A DNA stretch of 46,666 nt, from contig CDMY01000590.1 of assembly GCA_001179505.1 (NCBI GenBank), positions 1 through 46,666 of the forward strand, in the 5' to 3' direction. Each line of letters begins with the position of its first letter. Within the stretch, counting starts at the first letter, position 1. Shown piece after piece: positions 35,021 through 46,578 of the stretch. Below the pieces are notes generated by a model. It was not told where the DNA came from. It saw only the letters and a program-made list of their open reading frames with translations, and searched no databases. Source of the stretch: Vitrella brassicaformis CCMP3155. Taxonomy: Eukaryota > Protista > Chromerida. Made by a program: the position numbers and the translations under genes.

Positions 35021-37072
35021 TCATGCAGGCGCCTTTCGAAACGTGTGTATATAATACATCACAGCCCGAGCCTCCGCGATCCCGCGAGACACGAGCTCGC
35101 TCATTTGCATACACTGGTGGGTTGAAAGCATCAATCTCTCAGTGCGACCATCGATTGGCTCTCTCACGTCTCTATCTCGAATACATACGTTCTGTGACTG
35201 GCTACAGCGCAGGACAGCCACTGGGCTTCCGTCGATAACGTAACCTCCTCGAAATGCTTCGGTCTACTTCGGTACATCCCGAGGCACAGGTCGAAACAAC
35301 TCAACGGCTTATTTCGGGAAGGTGTAATATCCCAGAGAGACCCCTCTTTTTGGTGAAGAAAACTCACAGCTGTAAGACTCCTCAATGGCACCATGGACCC
35401 GCAATTCTCTCCATGCTGCGACCAAAGAGACCCAGACAAGTCCCACGCCTTCTATTTCCGACTGATTGTTTACCTTCGCATATTTCAGGCATCCTGATCA
35501 ATGGGATCAAAGTAAAACGACATCAAACGTCTGACTGACGTGCAATGGTTCATATCTGCATACCCAGGGGCAGTCGTCAAAAACAAGAATGTTCCTTTCG
35601 GACGCCATTCGCCGAAAGTTCCTGCGAGGAGAACTTGTGAAAAAACTACTGTATACATTGATGACTTACGAAAGATCGCTCAGTGCAATATCACGGGTAT
35701 GACCTGCACGGAGAGAACAAGATGGGGTGCATCACACGCTTCGGTCATATGCACATCACGACGTCCGTACCTCCATCGACAAGCATCAAGTCGCATGTGA
35801 CGTCTGGGTGCGTCCGATGAAATTCCGGGACCGTAATCCTGGAGTCCCCGAAAGCTAACGTGAATCGATGGCCGTAACGCTTTGCAAAGAGTTCTGTACA
35901 TAGAGATGTAAAGATGAAGATGCAAAACGCGCCAGGTGATTACCTGCCACTTTGCGAGTATATGGATGCCGTCCTATGTCAAAAGATACCACACGAGCCT
36001 TTTGGTTGCTCGTCAGCCTGCAGAAAGACAAACACTCGCAGACGCATGCCTTTTCCAACAACGGATAGGCAACATGTGCAGCTTATCACATGTAGCTCGA
36101 ATGCCCGGTATTGAAACCTTCGTGACATAATATCGCGATTGATTTCATTGATTCATTTTGTTGAGGCAACGGATTTGCATTCGTGTTTAACGCACCGATC
36201 TCACAAATAGTCTTCACGAATGGGAGTGAAGCCAAATCGACGAACCTGACCAGTCAGACAGGAGCCGTACAGCATGGCCAGCCGTCTGTCATTCGGCCAG
36301 CTCACGTCCGGACTTGCTGGGCAATTTGAAAACATCCTCCTGAGTGAGAGACACGACTGAAAGCAACTCATGACCTCGACTTCCTCTTGTCTCTTCCCTT
36401 CGAGCGCATGAGAGTAGGGTTGCAGTGTGTCTTGCATGTCGTGGTACAGCTTCATGTTTGGAGTAGGCGTGAAAACGCAAATGAAGAAGACACGAAGCTC
36501 ATACACTGCCAGCGCGCTTATGTACTGTCATACCGTCGCATCCAGCGAACTGAGCAGATCTTCTGGAGGAGGTAACTTGCCGTTGATACCTTTGATGAAC
36601 TGTTTACAGTCTGGCGAAACGCCGCTGCGTATCGACTGCAGGAAGGAAGCAACGATATGCCTGCCGTGTGAACACGTGGCCGGGTTCTTTCTCTATTCTT
36701 TGACCTCGATGAAACTCTCCGGCAAAAGTGTTTGATTCATGGGAAGAACGTCATCTGCCTGGCACTGGCCGACCGAGAAGAAACCTGGATGAAAACAAGA
36801 TCGCACATCGCATCGTGACGCCAAGGATCACACACTGGCTGCCGTCCATCTATCGTCGGGGCACCGACGGATTCTTCTGCCGTCTTATTCGTCTGGTAGC
36901 CGATGCCACCGTGCTTGGAACGAGGGCTGATGGTGGAGATATCCCTATCATCAGAAACGCTTCTTACCTTCGAGTGTCCCAAGCGAATCGCCGCGCCAGA
37001 GCACAGAGTAGCTGCGAGGACGATGGCGACAGAAAACAGCAGCAGCTGGCCTATCCTCGCTACTCGACTCAT
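35021..37072 (-). pseudogene. Class I SAM-dependent methyltransferase (Methyltransf_24-like) with N-terminal signal/anchor; multi-exon, probably inactivated
   Basis: Spliced reading MSRVARIGQLLLFSVAIVLAATLC..ALE|GGCFQIAQQVRT|FVDLASLPFVKTICEIG|FNTGHSSYMW|LTSNQKARVVSFDIGRHPYTRKVA|ELFAKRYGHRFTLAFGDSRITVPEF..CDLMLVDGG|HTRDIALSDLS|NFRRMASERNILVFDDCP. The required donors read GG (36397-36396) and AT (36086-36085). 3' end approximate. Confidence 0.75.
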
Positions 37073-39046
37073 CTTTACTGGTTTCAAGTCTGTCCGGCGT
37101 AATGAGTTAGGGCCGACGGCGCCGTTAATCGGAAGCTGTCTGCGAATTTATAATTAAGGGTTTTTTCATGGAATTTCCCTCCTCCGTCGGGCTGGCGGGA
37201 CTCGCTACGCTTTCGCCGTTTCCCGAAATGCATGCAAAGCCCCCAAGCTCGCATGCAAGCCCCCGCAAGGGAACCGAAGGAAGTGCTAGCTTGGCCCCAA
37301 CTACGGACAAACAAACAAACAAAGGAACACTTTGTTTCGTAAGAGCGTGCCACGCTCGTGAAACTCGCGAGTCCCGAACACGTCGTCAGCTTTCTTGTGC
37401 CTTCACCGGTGTAGCATTCATATTGTGTCTTTCTTGGCCGTCCCTCCCTTTATCCCAGGCTGTCTCCCTTCATGCTTTTCTTCACGCCTCCCTTCCAATC
37501 GCCTTTTCCTACCTGCCACGCCCTTTGCCGGCCTTTTTCATTTTGGTGTCGCGCACGTCCCAAGTGCCAGGTCTTTTTTGCAGACCTGCCACGCTTACGA
37601 TAAATGATGGGGGGAGGGGGAAGACCGAGACAAACGAAGGCTCACGGGTGAAAAACCCTAAAAAGCATAGAAACCCCATGCGTTTCGCCTCGATCTCCTT
37701 GACGGTGAACCACGCATCATCCGTGCACAGGCGGGTGTCGCACGCACATATGATGTCCNNNNNNNNNNNNNNNNNNNNNNNNNNNNNNNNNNNNNNNNNN
37801 NNNNNNNNNNNNNNNNNNNNNNNNNNNNNNNNNNNNNNNNNNNNNNNNNNNNNNNNNNNNNNNNNNNNNNNNNNNNNNNNNNNNNNNNNNNNNNNNNNNN
37901 NNNNNNNNNNNNNNNNNNNNNNNNNNNNNNNNNNNNNNNNNNNNNNNNNNNNNNNNNNNNNNNNNNNNNNNNNNNNNNNNNNNNNNNNNNNNNNNNNNNN
38001 NNNNNNNNNNNNNNNNNNNNNNNNNNNNNNNNNNNNNNNNNNNNNNNNNNNNNNNNNNCCCACGAACCGCAGCGATGGCGGGCTTCGAGCACCTCTCTGA
38101 ACCATCAATCACCCATACAATGATACACCCACGCAGACGGATGTGCACGCCACGCACACTCGGTGTGGTGTGGTGTGGTGTGCGTGTGCGCACCTATAGA
38201 CGACACGCACTCCTGCAGGTGCTCGGCAAAGGCTTTCAGCTTAAAGGCCCTCTCACCTTCTTCCTCCTGCTGGGCCATGTGTGACCATTGCGAACGTCAA
38301 TGACGAACAAACGGACCGATACGGGAGCAACAAGGCACGCGTGTTCGTCTATGGGTCGTCCCACACGCCCTTGGATGCCCCGTTGTGTTGGTCGTGGCGG
38401 GAGTGGGCACGTCGCTGAGAGGCCTCCTGAGTGAGGCACACATAGAGGGAGGGAAGGTGGAGCATTCATTCAGAGTTGGAAGGGGTGGAGAGGGATGAGG
38501 GCTCAGCTCACTCACCGCTTCTTTCGGCGTGTTTGATGTCTCAGCGGATACTGCGGTATCATGCTGGTCGTTGCCCACGCCGAGGATCGACTTGTGGTGG
38601 CTGGTGGCCTCGCGGTTGTTGGTGGCGCCCACGGGCGTGGTGCCTGCCGGCAACCTCCTGAAGCAACCGCGTCACTTACAGTCGATTCCCTGACAGCATA
38701 CCACAGATACAACCAAGCAGTGAGTGGTGAACAGTGCATAGAACAGGCCTGCTGGCTGGCTCGTGGCTCATGCGTATCGAGGTGAAGAGTGGCCCTCGTC
38801 CGCGATCTGCAGAAGCAAAACACGCAGGCTGTACGCAGATTGGAGTGGTTCATTGTGTTTGCCTACAGGATGGCGCGGCAGCATGACGCATCGGTCAGCA
38901 GATAGGTCATCGGGACTCATCCAAACACGCGACTAGACCCTTGACCCTACAAACCCTATTACAAACCCTGTTTTGTCTTCTGTCTTCTCCTTCCCTTCCT
39001 TTCCTTTCCTCCCGGGATCTTCCCTCCTTGCCGCTTTCTCTCGCAG

Positions 39047-41051
39047 AAGGACCTTCTCATGGGCGCCAAGCGAGGGTCATTCACGCTGCCAGGCAATCAC
39101 CTGTCAATCAATGGCTTTTTGTTGGGCGTCGGCCTTCTCGCGTGGGCGCTGATCTCTGACGGTGGCTGGACACGTAAGCATATGACAAGCCACAAACGAC
39201 AACCAGGCTCCAAGTTAATGGAAAGCGGCTTGGTGTGCAGGCGTCGCCACTCTTCTCGTGCTCGGCCTCTCGGCGGCGTACCTGCTCTTCCGACTCGTCG
39301 GTACGACACCCACGCCCACACGCAGATCTCTGGATGTATCTCAATGGTCTCACTGTCTGCCGTCAGGTCTCCCATCGCCCCGCCATCTCACCCGCTTATG
39401 GCGCTTCAGCAACGGTGACTGCCTCACTGTGCGCAAGGACCACGAAATGGCCGTGGCGAGGAAGGCCCCCAAGTACGTCACCCCGGCGGCCTTCCGCCAG
39501 GCCGTGCAGGATGGCAAAAAGTGGACGATCATCAACGGCAGCGTGTATGACCTCGCGGGACTCATCGAGGACGGCAAACACCCCGGTGGCGACTTCCTCG
39601 CTGACTTCGTCGGTAAGTGGAGAGTGAGGCAGGCAGGGAGGGAGTGAGGGAGGGACACTTGAATCACGTGTTCAAACAAGCGTGCACAACGTGGTTGCAG
39701 GCATCGACTCTTCGCTAACGTTCTACACGGCGCATGTCAAGCAGGAGAGTGTATGGCGGCGGCTCCGTGTCAGCTGGATGGGCTACCTCGTCCCCGACGT
39801 CGGTGAGGACACATCGGACCTCATGTGCAGCCGCGACAAGGCCATGCACAGCCTCATCGACGAGTTTGCCGCGGAGGACCTCTTCGCTTACCCGCTGCGC
39901 TTCTGGCTGTGGGACATGTCGGGCCCGCTACTGGTGCTCTGCTCCTTCCTGGCCGCCCATTGGTGCATCCAGGGCCGGGTCGCCCCCTCATCCCTCAACT
40001 GGCCGGTGTATGTGGCGAGCATTCTTGCGGGGTCGCTGGGCTACCTGCTCGTGCAGTACCTCTGCCACGACGCCGGCCATCAGTCCGTCTTCGTCACCAA
40101 AGAGAGAGCCAGAAGGTGAGGCGAGAGATTGTACAGCGGGACAGCACACCACACCTGATCCATGATTGGTCGTGCAGGTTCTGCAAGTGGTTTGCCGTGA
40201 TATCCGGCGGCGTCGACTGGTCTGAGGGTGCTGTAGTGCATGATGTGCACCATGCGTTCCCACACGTTCTTGGCCGCGACAAGTCGCTCGACACGACGCC
40301 GTTGATCTACTGGCATCCCGCCCAGCTGGTGGACGCCTCCCTCGACACCCTATCCCGCGCCCGCGGCTTTGCCGCTGCCACAGCCGGCTGCTTGTGGTTC
40401 TGCGTCATCCTCTGGCTGTACTGCCCGCTGGAGGTGGCCAGATCGCTGGTCGAGGCCGCTAGACGGAAGGGCGGCGCCCTCTGCTTCGGCACCATCGTGC
40501 TCCGGCTGCTGGCTCCGTTCGGCCTTATGGTCCATTTCGGCGCGTCGGTGCACTACGCGCTGTGGCCGATGATGGTTCAGGAGGTGGGGTTCGTGCTGCT
40601 GGCCCTGTGTGCGTCGCTCAACCACTTTGCCTTCGACGCCATCACCGTCCAAGAGTTCCAGGCCGTCACCCACCAGACAGCGGCGCCCGAGCATGCGATC
40701 CAGATGCAGGGCTTCGTGGCCCACCAGGCGGGCATCACACAGAACCACAACATCGTCGCGCTGGAGCATGGCTTGCATGGCTTGGGCGGCTTGGGTGCCG
40801 GGGCGGAAGGCAAGGCGCCGTCGGGAATTCTCATGCTGGCGCTGGTGGGGTCCTACGACGCGGTCTTATCTTTCTGGACGGGCCACTTCAACTACCACAT
40901 CGAGCACCACCTCATGCCGTACATGCCCCGGCGCAACTTGCCCAAGGCCGCGGCGAGGTGCCGGGCCCTCTGCGGCGAGCAGCTGTACGCTTCCGCCAGC
41001 CACGCAGAGGGCCTCGCGATGTTCGTCAACAAGCTCAGCAGACCCTTCTAG
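39047..41051 (+). CDS. Cytochrome b5-fused membrane fatty acid / sphingolipid desaturase-like protein; further 5' exons probably lie at ~38075-38900
   Basis: Cyt b5 WTIINGSVYDL..HPGG (39579-39590); His boxes HDAGH (40066-40080), HDVHH (40239-40253) and HIEHH (40896-40910); in-phase GT-AG introns; TAG 41049-41051. An acceptor at 39046 shows the gene begins further upstream. Confidence 0.88.
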
Positions 41052-41967
41052 TTGAGTAGCGAGGGAGAGAGAGGGAGAACTGATCTATCCACGTATTTGC
41101 GCGCGTGCGTTTCTCTCTGTACGTGTGTGAGTGTATGTGTGTACCTTTCTTTGTCTGCATCGATGGATTGATTGATGGATGCAACGGTGATGTGTGGTGA
41201 GTATGTGATTCGTGTATTGCGGCGGGCCTGTTTTTCGGCCACCCAACGGGCTTTTGGGTCTCTAAGGGAGGGAGGGAGGGAGAAAGAACTGATCTATCTA
41301 CCCGTGTGTGCGTGTACGCTTATCTCTGTGTGTAAGAATGTGCATGCCTTCACCTTTGCCTTGACCTACCGTGGCGAGCCGTTTTCTCGCCATTTGGCGC
41401 TCAGTTGGCTTACAGAGTCGGCCTCACTGCGCTTTTCGCAAGTGTCTGCAAAGTAGGTGGATACACTGCATGGAATGAGTGGACGTGTGCAGCAGATGGA
41501 TGCTAAATATGCTTGTGCGCTGACAAGGATGCGCCGCCCTGGTCGCTGCGGGTGTCTTGCAGTGCTGCTAGCCTCGCCCGAATGAATGCCCTGTGTGTTC
41601 ATGAGGACGCCGAATGAATGAATGAACAAGGATGAACACGACACCAAAGTGTGACTACTCTTGTTGGCTTCTTTTCCTGTTCGGGTCGCTGTGTGTAGCT
41701 CTGTACCGCTGTGATACTTCGTGAGCCACTGTGCGGCCTGTGCCTGTTCTCATTCCTCTTCTCGCCAGCCCATCCAATGTCACAAGACCATAGAAGACCA
41801 GCAACACACTGTCCTTCATGATGACGGCAGCCAACCCACCAGGCCAAAATAATCCAGATCATGAACTTCATAGAGACAGACAAGAGCGGTGCCGCACCAC
41901 CCACACCATACGACAGCCATGACAACATACGTGCGAACCGCCCACGCCGTGCACGTCTCTCTCTGGA

Positions 41968-42558
41968 TCAATTGGCCTCCGTCGGCTTCGGCGGCCTGCG
42001 CAGCTCGCCAGACACAGGACCTGCAAACAGACAGACAGATGCACACAGACACATTTTAAGAGGTAAACGAACCCTACCCTTTGGTGGCCCCTTCGGCTGC
42101 GCGTCACCCTTCTTCTCTCCCGAATCAGCGGCATTGTGGGTCTTGGCGAAGGACTGGCTGTCCCGCCACTCATCGAAGCCCGCCTCCGACTGCCACTCGG
42201 TGAACGAAGTGTGCGTCACCTCGACCACATCCGCTGCTGCTGTGGATGCACGCCGGATGGGGGCTCTTTGATGGCACGCCCATGGCGGGCGGGAGAGGCA
42301 GCCGACGGAGAAGCATGAACTTGCGAAACGCTGGGAATGACGGGAGGTTGCGGTCACGGGTCTGCATACAAAGTACCAATGGTCTGCAATGGGGACATGG
42401 ACAAGTGCATTCCGCACTCGTGTCGATCTGCACGCACTCTCCATCTCTCCTCAAAGGGATATTGGCTGCCCGCGGCCACAGCAAACCTGTACACCAGAAC
42501 CTGACACCGTCAGCCAATTGGCACGCCCGTGTGGACCTGTTCGTGGCGATGAAGGCAC
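41968..42558 (-). CDS. Exons encoding an antibiotic-biosynthesis-monooxygenase / IsdG-family heme-degrading domain
   Basis: AFIATNR|FAVAAGSQYPFEERWR|TRDRNLPSFPAFRKFMLLRR..SFTEWQSEAGFDEWRDSQSFAKTH. Asn (42541-42539), Trp (42168-42166) and His (42138-42136) sit at IsdG-triad-like positions. One junction near 42240-42290 is unresolved. Confidence 0.72.
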
Positions 42559-43197
42559 CTGAGCTTGTCGGCCTCCCTTTTGCTCGACAAGACCTACAAA
42601 TACAGACATACGGAGTCGTCCAGCCCGAGCCGCCCCTTCTTTCCTTTGTGACGGGCGGCCACGTGGCTGTCTGTAGAAAACGCCCATTCGTCCTCCTTCC
42701 TCCTTCGTTCCTCCTCTCTGCCTGGCTATCGCCTTCTTCTCAATAGCATTGACAGCGCACTTACCCACACTCGATCTCTCACACTCGCCAGGGACGATAT
42801 GTTAGTTACATACCCTCACACCCATACACACACACACCCATACACACACACACGACACACATTGCGTCAAGGTCCATCCGGTCCCTCCTGTCCCTCCCTC
42901 CCTCCCTTCCTCCCTCTATGGAACATTCTTATCAATTGCATACACAGCCTCTCATCAAGCAGCAGCAGCAAAAGCAGCAGCAGCAGCCAACAGACGACAT
43001 ATGTAGCGATCAGCACGTCACACGCCGCACCGAACGGCACACCAGCGTCGTGTGCCTGCGCGGCCGGCGCGTGTGCTTTGCACCGCACACACAGGACATA
43101 CAGAAATCTACACCCCCTCTCTCTATATCTATTTCTCTCTCCCTCTCGCCCCAGTGAGTGAGTGAGTGAGTGAGTATGTGTGGTGTGCGTGGTCCAT

Positions 43198-44144
43198 CTA
43201 CGCGGTGGCCTCGGTGCCGCTGACGTCCTCCTTCTCCTCGCCCCCCTCTCCCTCCGCTGCCGCCGCCACGGCGGCAGCCTGCTTGTGTGCCAGCGTCGCT
43301 TGGTGCTCCTCAACGTCAGTCGTCGACGCGTCCGCACTCCTCTCGCTACCGCCCACAGGGCCCTGGGTGGCCTCGGCCTTGCCCGACGAAGGGGAGGCCG
43401 ATGGCGTGACCTCCTTGACGGCGACGACGACCTGCCCCTCCCAAGGCCCCTTGCCCTCCCCCTCCCCCGCCCCCTTGTCCTGCCCTTGCTCACCGCAGCC
43501 GCCCGCCGCACACTCGGCCTTGATCGGGGCGGCGTTGGCCGTCACCACTGGTGCCGGTGGGGGTGGGGATGGTGTGGTGGTGTCGACCTTTCTGTGCTGG
43601 TTGCCGCCCTGTGTGGTGTTGCTCGGCTCCTCTGGCTTGGTGTTGGTGGTGGGGGTGGGGCTGGTGTCCTTCGGTGCGATGGCCTCCTGCTGGTGGTGGT
43701 GGTGGTGGCGGTTCTCGTCCTGCTCGTCATCGTCGGGTCCGTCGTCTTGCAGCACCGCCGCAGTGCTGTCCGTCTCGCCCTTGTGGTGGTGCCTCTCGCT
43801 GGCCCGCCTGTCGGCGGCAGGGAGTGGCGCATCCTGCTCTGTGGACAGCGCAGGGGCCGGTGCGGGTGTGGGTGCCGACTCCTTCTTGTCGTCCTGCTGT
43901 GTGTGCGTGGTGCCGTCCTCCTTGGTGGTGTTGTTCTCTGTGGTGAGTTGCGGTGCCTCAGTGTCCTGGTTGTTGTCCTCTTCTTCCCTGGGTGCGGGGA
44001 AAGGGGGCTCGGTGACGGGCGGGGAGATGTCCCACTTGGTCTGGGAGGCCGCAAGGGGGCTCAGCAGCTCGGCCACCGACGCCCTGTCCTCCTCCTGCTG
44101 CTCCTCCTTGCGGATCGTGAACGACACACCCGTGTAGTCCTCAA
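43198..44144 (-). CDS. Long acidic, Pro/Thr/Ala-rich low-complexity exon (~315 aa), possibly the same gene as the ABM exons
   Basis: Open frame after a CTCTCAG acceptor (VEDYTGVSFTIRKEEQQEE..). The upstream exon ends ..AETQWYYWG|GTAAG. It ends in TAG or a GT donor at 43201. Confidence 0.6.
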
Positions 44145-45250
44145 CTGAGAGTTGAGACACCACCACACACACGCAGACAGACAGACAGACAGACAGACAG
44201 ACACGGACAATTGCATGGGCGCCTCCGTGTTTTGCCGCATGTGTCTGTGTGTGTGCGTACTTACCCCAGTAGTACCACTGCGTTTCCGCCCTGAGTTTGT
44301 AGAATTTCTCGCTGGGGCGTGTCCGCACCCATGAACACGCGCTTCGACACCCAGTGCGTCGGCTGGTGGTGATCACACACACAACAGACAACACAATGCA
44401 CACAATGGACATGCCCGAGGTCTGATCTGATCTGCCTTCCTCTCGCTCCCTCCCTCCCGCTCGTCTGTCTGCTTTGCTCACCGCTGGAGAATCCCCACGT
44501 CATGGCTGCCGCCGGCTCACACGACCCAACACGCCGCTGTCCACACAAACGCCACGCTACACTCGCTGCTCTACGCTGCTGGCTACAGAAAACCCGATAC
44601 GGGAGTGGCGATAGGCAGGGCCGCCACAGACGCTCAACTCGCAGAGGACACGGCGGACAGGCGGCGTGAGATGGCAAAATCGCCAGTCTCCAGAAGGCCT
44701 CTGGCCGAGGTTTGACGAGACACCTGTCCCTAAGCCCGGCGCCTACCTTTCGGCGCTACCGACATCTTCTCTGTCCACAGCACACACCAAATAGGCAGCA
44801 TGCACACGCATAAAGCATGCACAAGGCCTGTCTACCCACCCATCCCTATGGTCCACCACGAAAGAAAGGCACTGGCACCGGCCGACACAGATGACAACAG
44901 AGGGCACTGTGTCAGTCAGGCTTGGCGCCTCATCACGCCTAGCGGAACTGACTGCCTTATGGAACGTTCACGAACACTTCCCCTGGCTACATACACAAGA
45001 ACGGGCGATATCGCCCGACAGCAAGAAGCCCTGGCAAGTGCACAGAAGCCAGAGAAAGCAAGCAAAAGAATGAAGCCCACTGAGCCATCAACAGGAAGAA
45101 ACAACCAATCACATGGACACACCACCATGTACACGGGGACCCATGTGGCCGCGCGAATCACGGTGCGAGCTTTGTCCGCGAATTGGGCTAGAGCCAATTC
45201 GCGAATTGGGCGGCCGCGAGATCCCCCCCTTATAGCTAGCCTTTAACAAA

Positions 45251-45344
45251 TGCATGTACATGCTGCTAGTTTAGTGCGTGAGACAACAGGATCCCTCCGG
45301 GGTTACAGACACGAGTCTCATTAAACACAATAACCAACCAACCA
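45251..45344 (+). mobile_element. Extremely 5'-truncated copy (3' tail only) of the LINE at 13.8-15 kb
   Basis: Reverse-complement match to 13794-13888, ending TTAAACACAATAACCAACCAACCA. Confidence 0.85.
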
Positions 45345-45843
45345 ATGCTGTGACAGGGCGAGTGCGGGAAATGTGTATGGGAAGATGCAGCCAGAGGAGC
45401 TCCAGGAGATATGTAAGTATTGCGTTCTCGTTCGGGTCGCACGAAACGAAGCGCAGAAAGCTTGCATCTCTTCCTTGGGTCACGATACTCTTCTCCTTTT
45501 GTGACGACGAAGAACATGAGACACTCCAGTCACAAACATTGCCAGGAGGCTGGTATATGAGGTAGAACACCGGTCAGATTGTACACAGCCGTAAGAACAC
45601 AACAAAGACGAAACACGATCGACACCTAAGACGAAACACGATCGACACCTTTACGCCGATGTAACAAGACGTCTGTCCGAGAGGCCTTATGCCGCGGCAA
45701 GAAAAGGCAGGCGGGAAGGCAAAACTCGGCACGTCGTTCCCACTTGGACAGGGCAGCAGGCACCTGACCGAACACAAACAAGAGGGAGTAGAAGTCATTC
45801 GAAGTGTTTCGGCCGAACTCCTTATTCCTCCTTCACCTTGTGT

Positions 45844-46578
45844 CTACATCGAGCCGCTCAAATCGACCAGCCGCAGGGCATCCACGTCCACACCAATCCC
45901 CCTTGCAGACCGCCTCAGGAGCTCTCCGGTCGCTGGGGCGCTGCGGAGCCACCCCTCGGCCCCCTCCACATCTGCCTCGGTCGTGCCCAGCACCACATAC
46001 CCACTCGCCGACGCCGCACTCACACGCACATAGGCGGCGAAAGCATTATCACGACGGGCGCCCGACAAGACAATGACGCGCTGGTGCTTGGAGCCGTCAG
46101 GGGACGCGCAGTCGACGTGCGCGATGTCGTCCTGGATGGGTGATGTGGCAAGAGTCCGGTAGAGGTCCATCACGGGGCCTGGGTGGGACACCGTGCTGGC
46201 CGCCAGCGACCGGGTGGCTTGGTGGGCGCATGTCGCGACGAGCCACACGACACAGGCCGAGAAGGATGGGAACAGCTGTCCGTCCGCTGTGCTGACAACC
46301 GGATCGTTGCTGTCGTATTGCTGCCTGTAAGGATGGTCGACATCGATGTCGCCCAGAGGCACGACGCGGACACGCTGAGGGCCAACGAGAAGCTGCCCAT
46401 CCTCAGCCCCAACTGTCAGGGCCATGCCGACCAGCCGGTCACCGAATGTGGCGTACTGCGCGATGGCTCGCGGCGTCTTGTGGTAGGCTCTCCTGCTGCT
46501 GTGCTGCTGGGTGGCCCGCGGGCAGTGTGAGGGGCAGCCGATCAGCAACAGCAGCAGCCAGATGGATGGCCTCGCCAT
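45844..46578 (-). CDS. Hypothetical secreted or membrane protein (244-aa open frame; may splice on toward ~45350)
   Basis: Signal-like MARPSIWLLLLLIGC; long GC-rich open frame ending LVDLSGSM; no family recognised. Confidence 0.5.
   Translation of the reverse strand: MARPSIWLLLLLIGCPSHCPRATQQHSSRRAYHKTPRAIAQYATFGDRLVGMALTVGAEDGQLLVGPQRVRVVPLGDIDVDHPYRQQYDSNDPVVSTADGQLFPSFSACVVWLVATCAHQATRSLAASTVSHPGPVMDLYRTLATSPIQDDIAHVDCASPDGSKHQRVIVLSGARRDNAFAAYVRVSAASASGYVVLGTTEADVEGAEGWLRSAPATGELLRRSARGIGVDVDALRLVDLSGSM

Noticed and set aside
36201-36790. Long minus-strand frame with two stops read as a separate pseudogene
   Set aside because: Both stops fall inside introns of the methyltransferase gene model.
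12200-37700. Search for Fanzor/TnpB, transposase, integrase, tRNA or rRNA signatures in the non-genic stretches
   Set aside because: No RuvC, DDE, HUH, tyrosine-recombinase or structural-RNA motifs were recognised by eye; a profile search is needed to exclude degraded copies.
43166-44148. Long plus-strand ORFs (323 and 322 aa)
   Set aside because: Antisense shadows of the minus-strand low-complexity exon, which has proper splice signals.
45194-45239. Palindrome plus CTAG as a Helitron 3' end
   Set aside because: CTAG is ~26 nt from the palindrome and is followed by C rather than T; no matching 5' TC end was identified.
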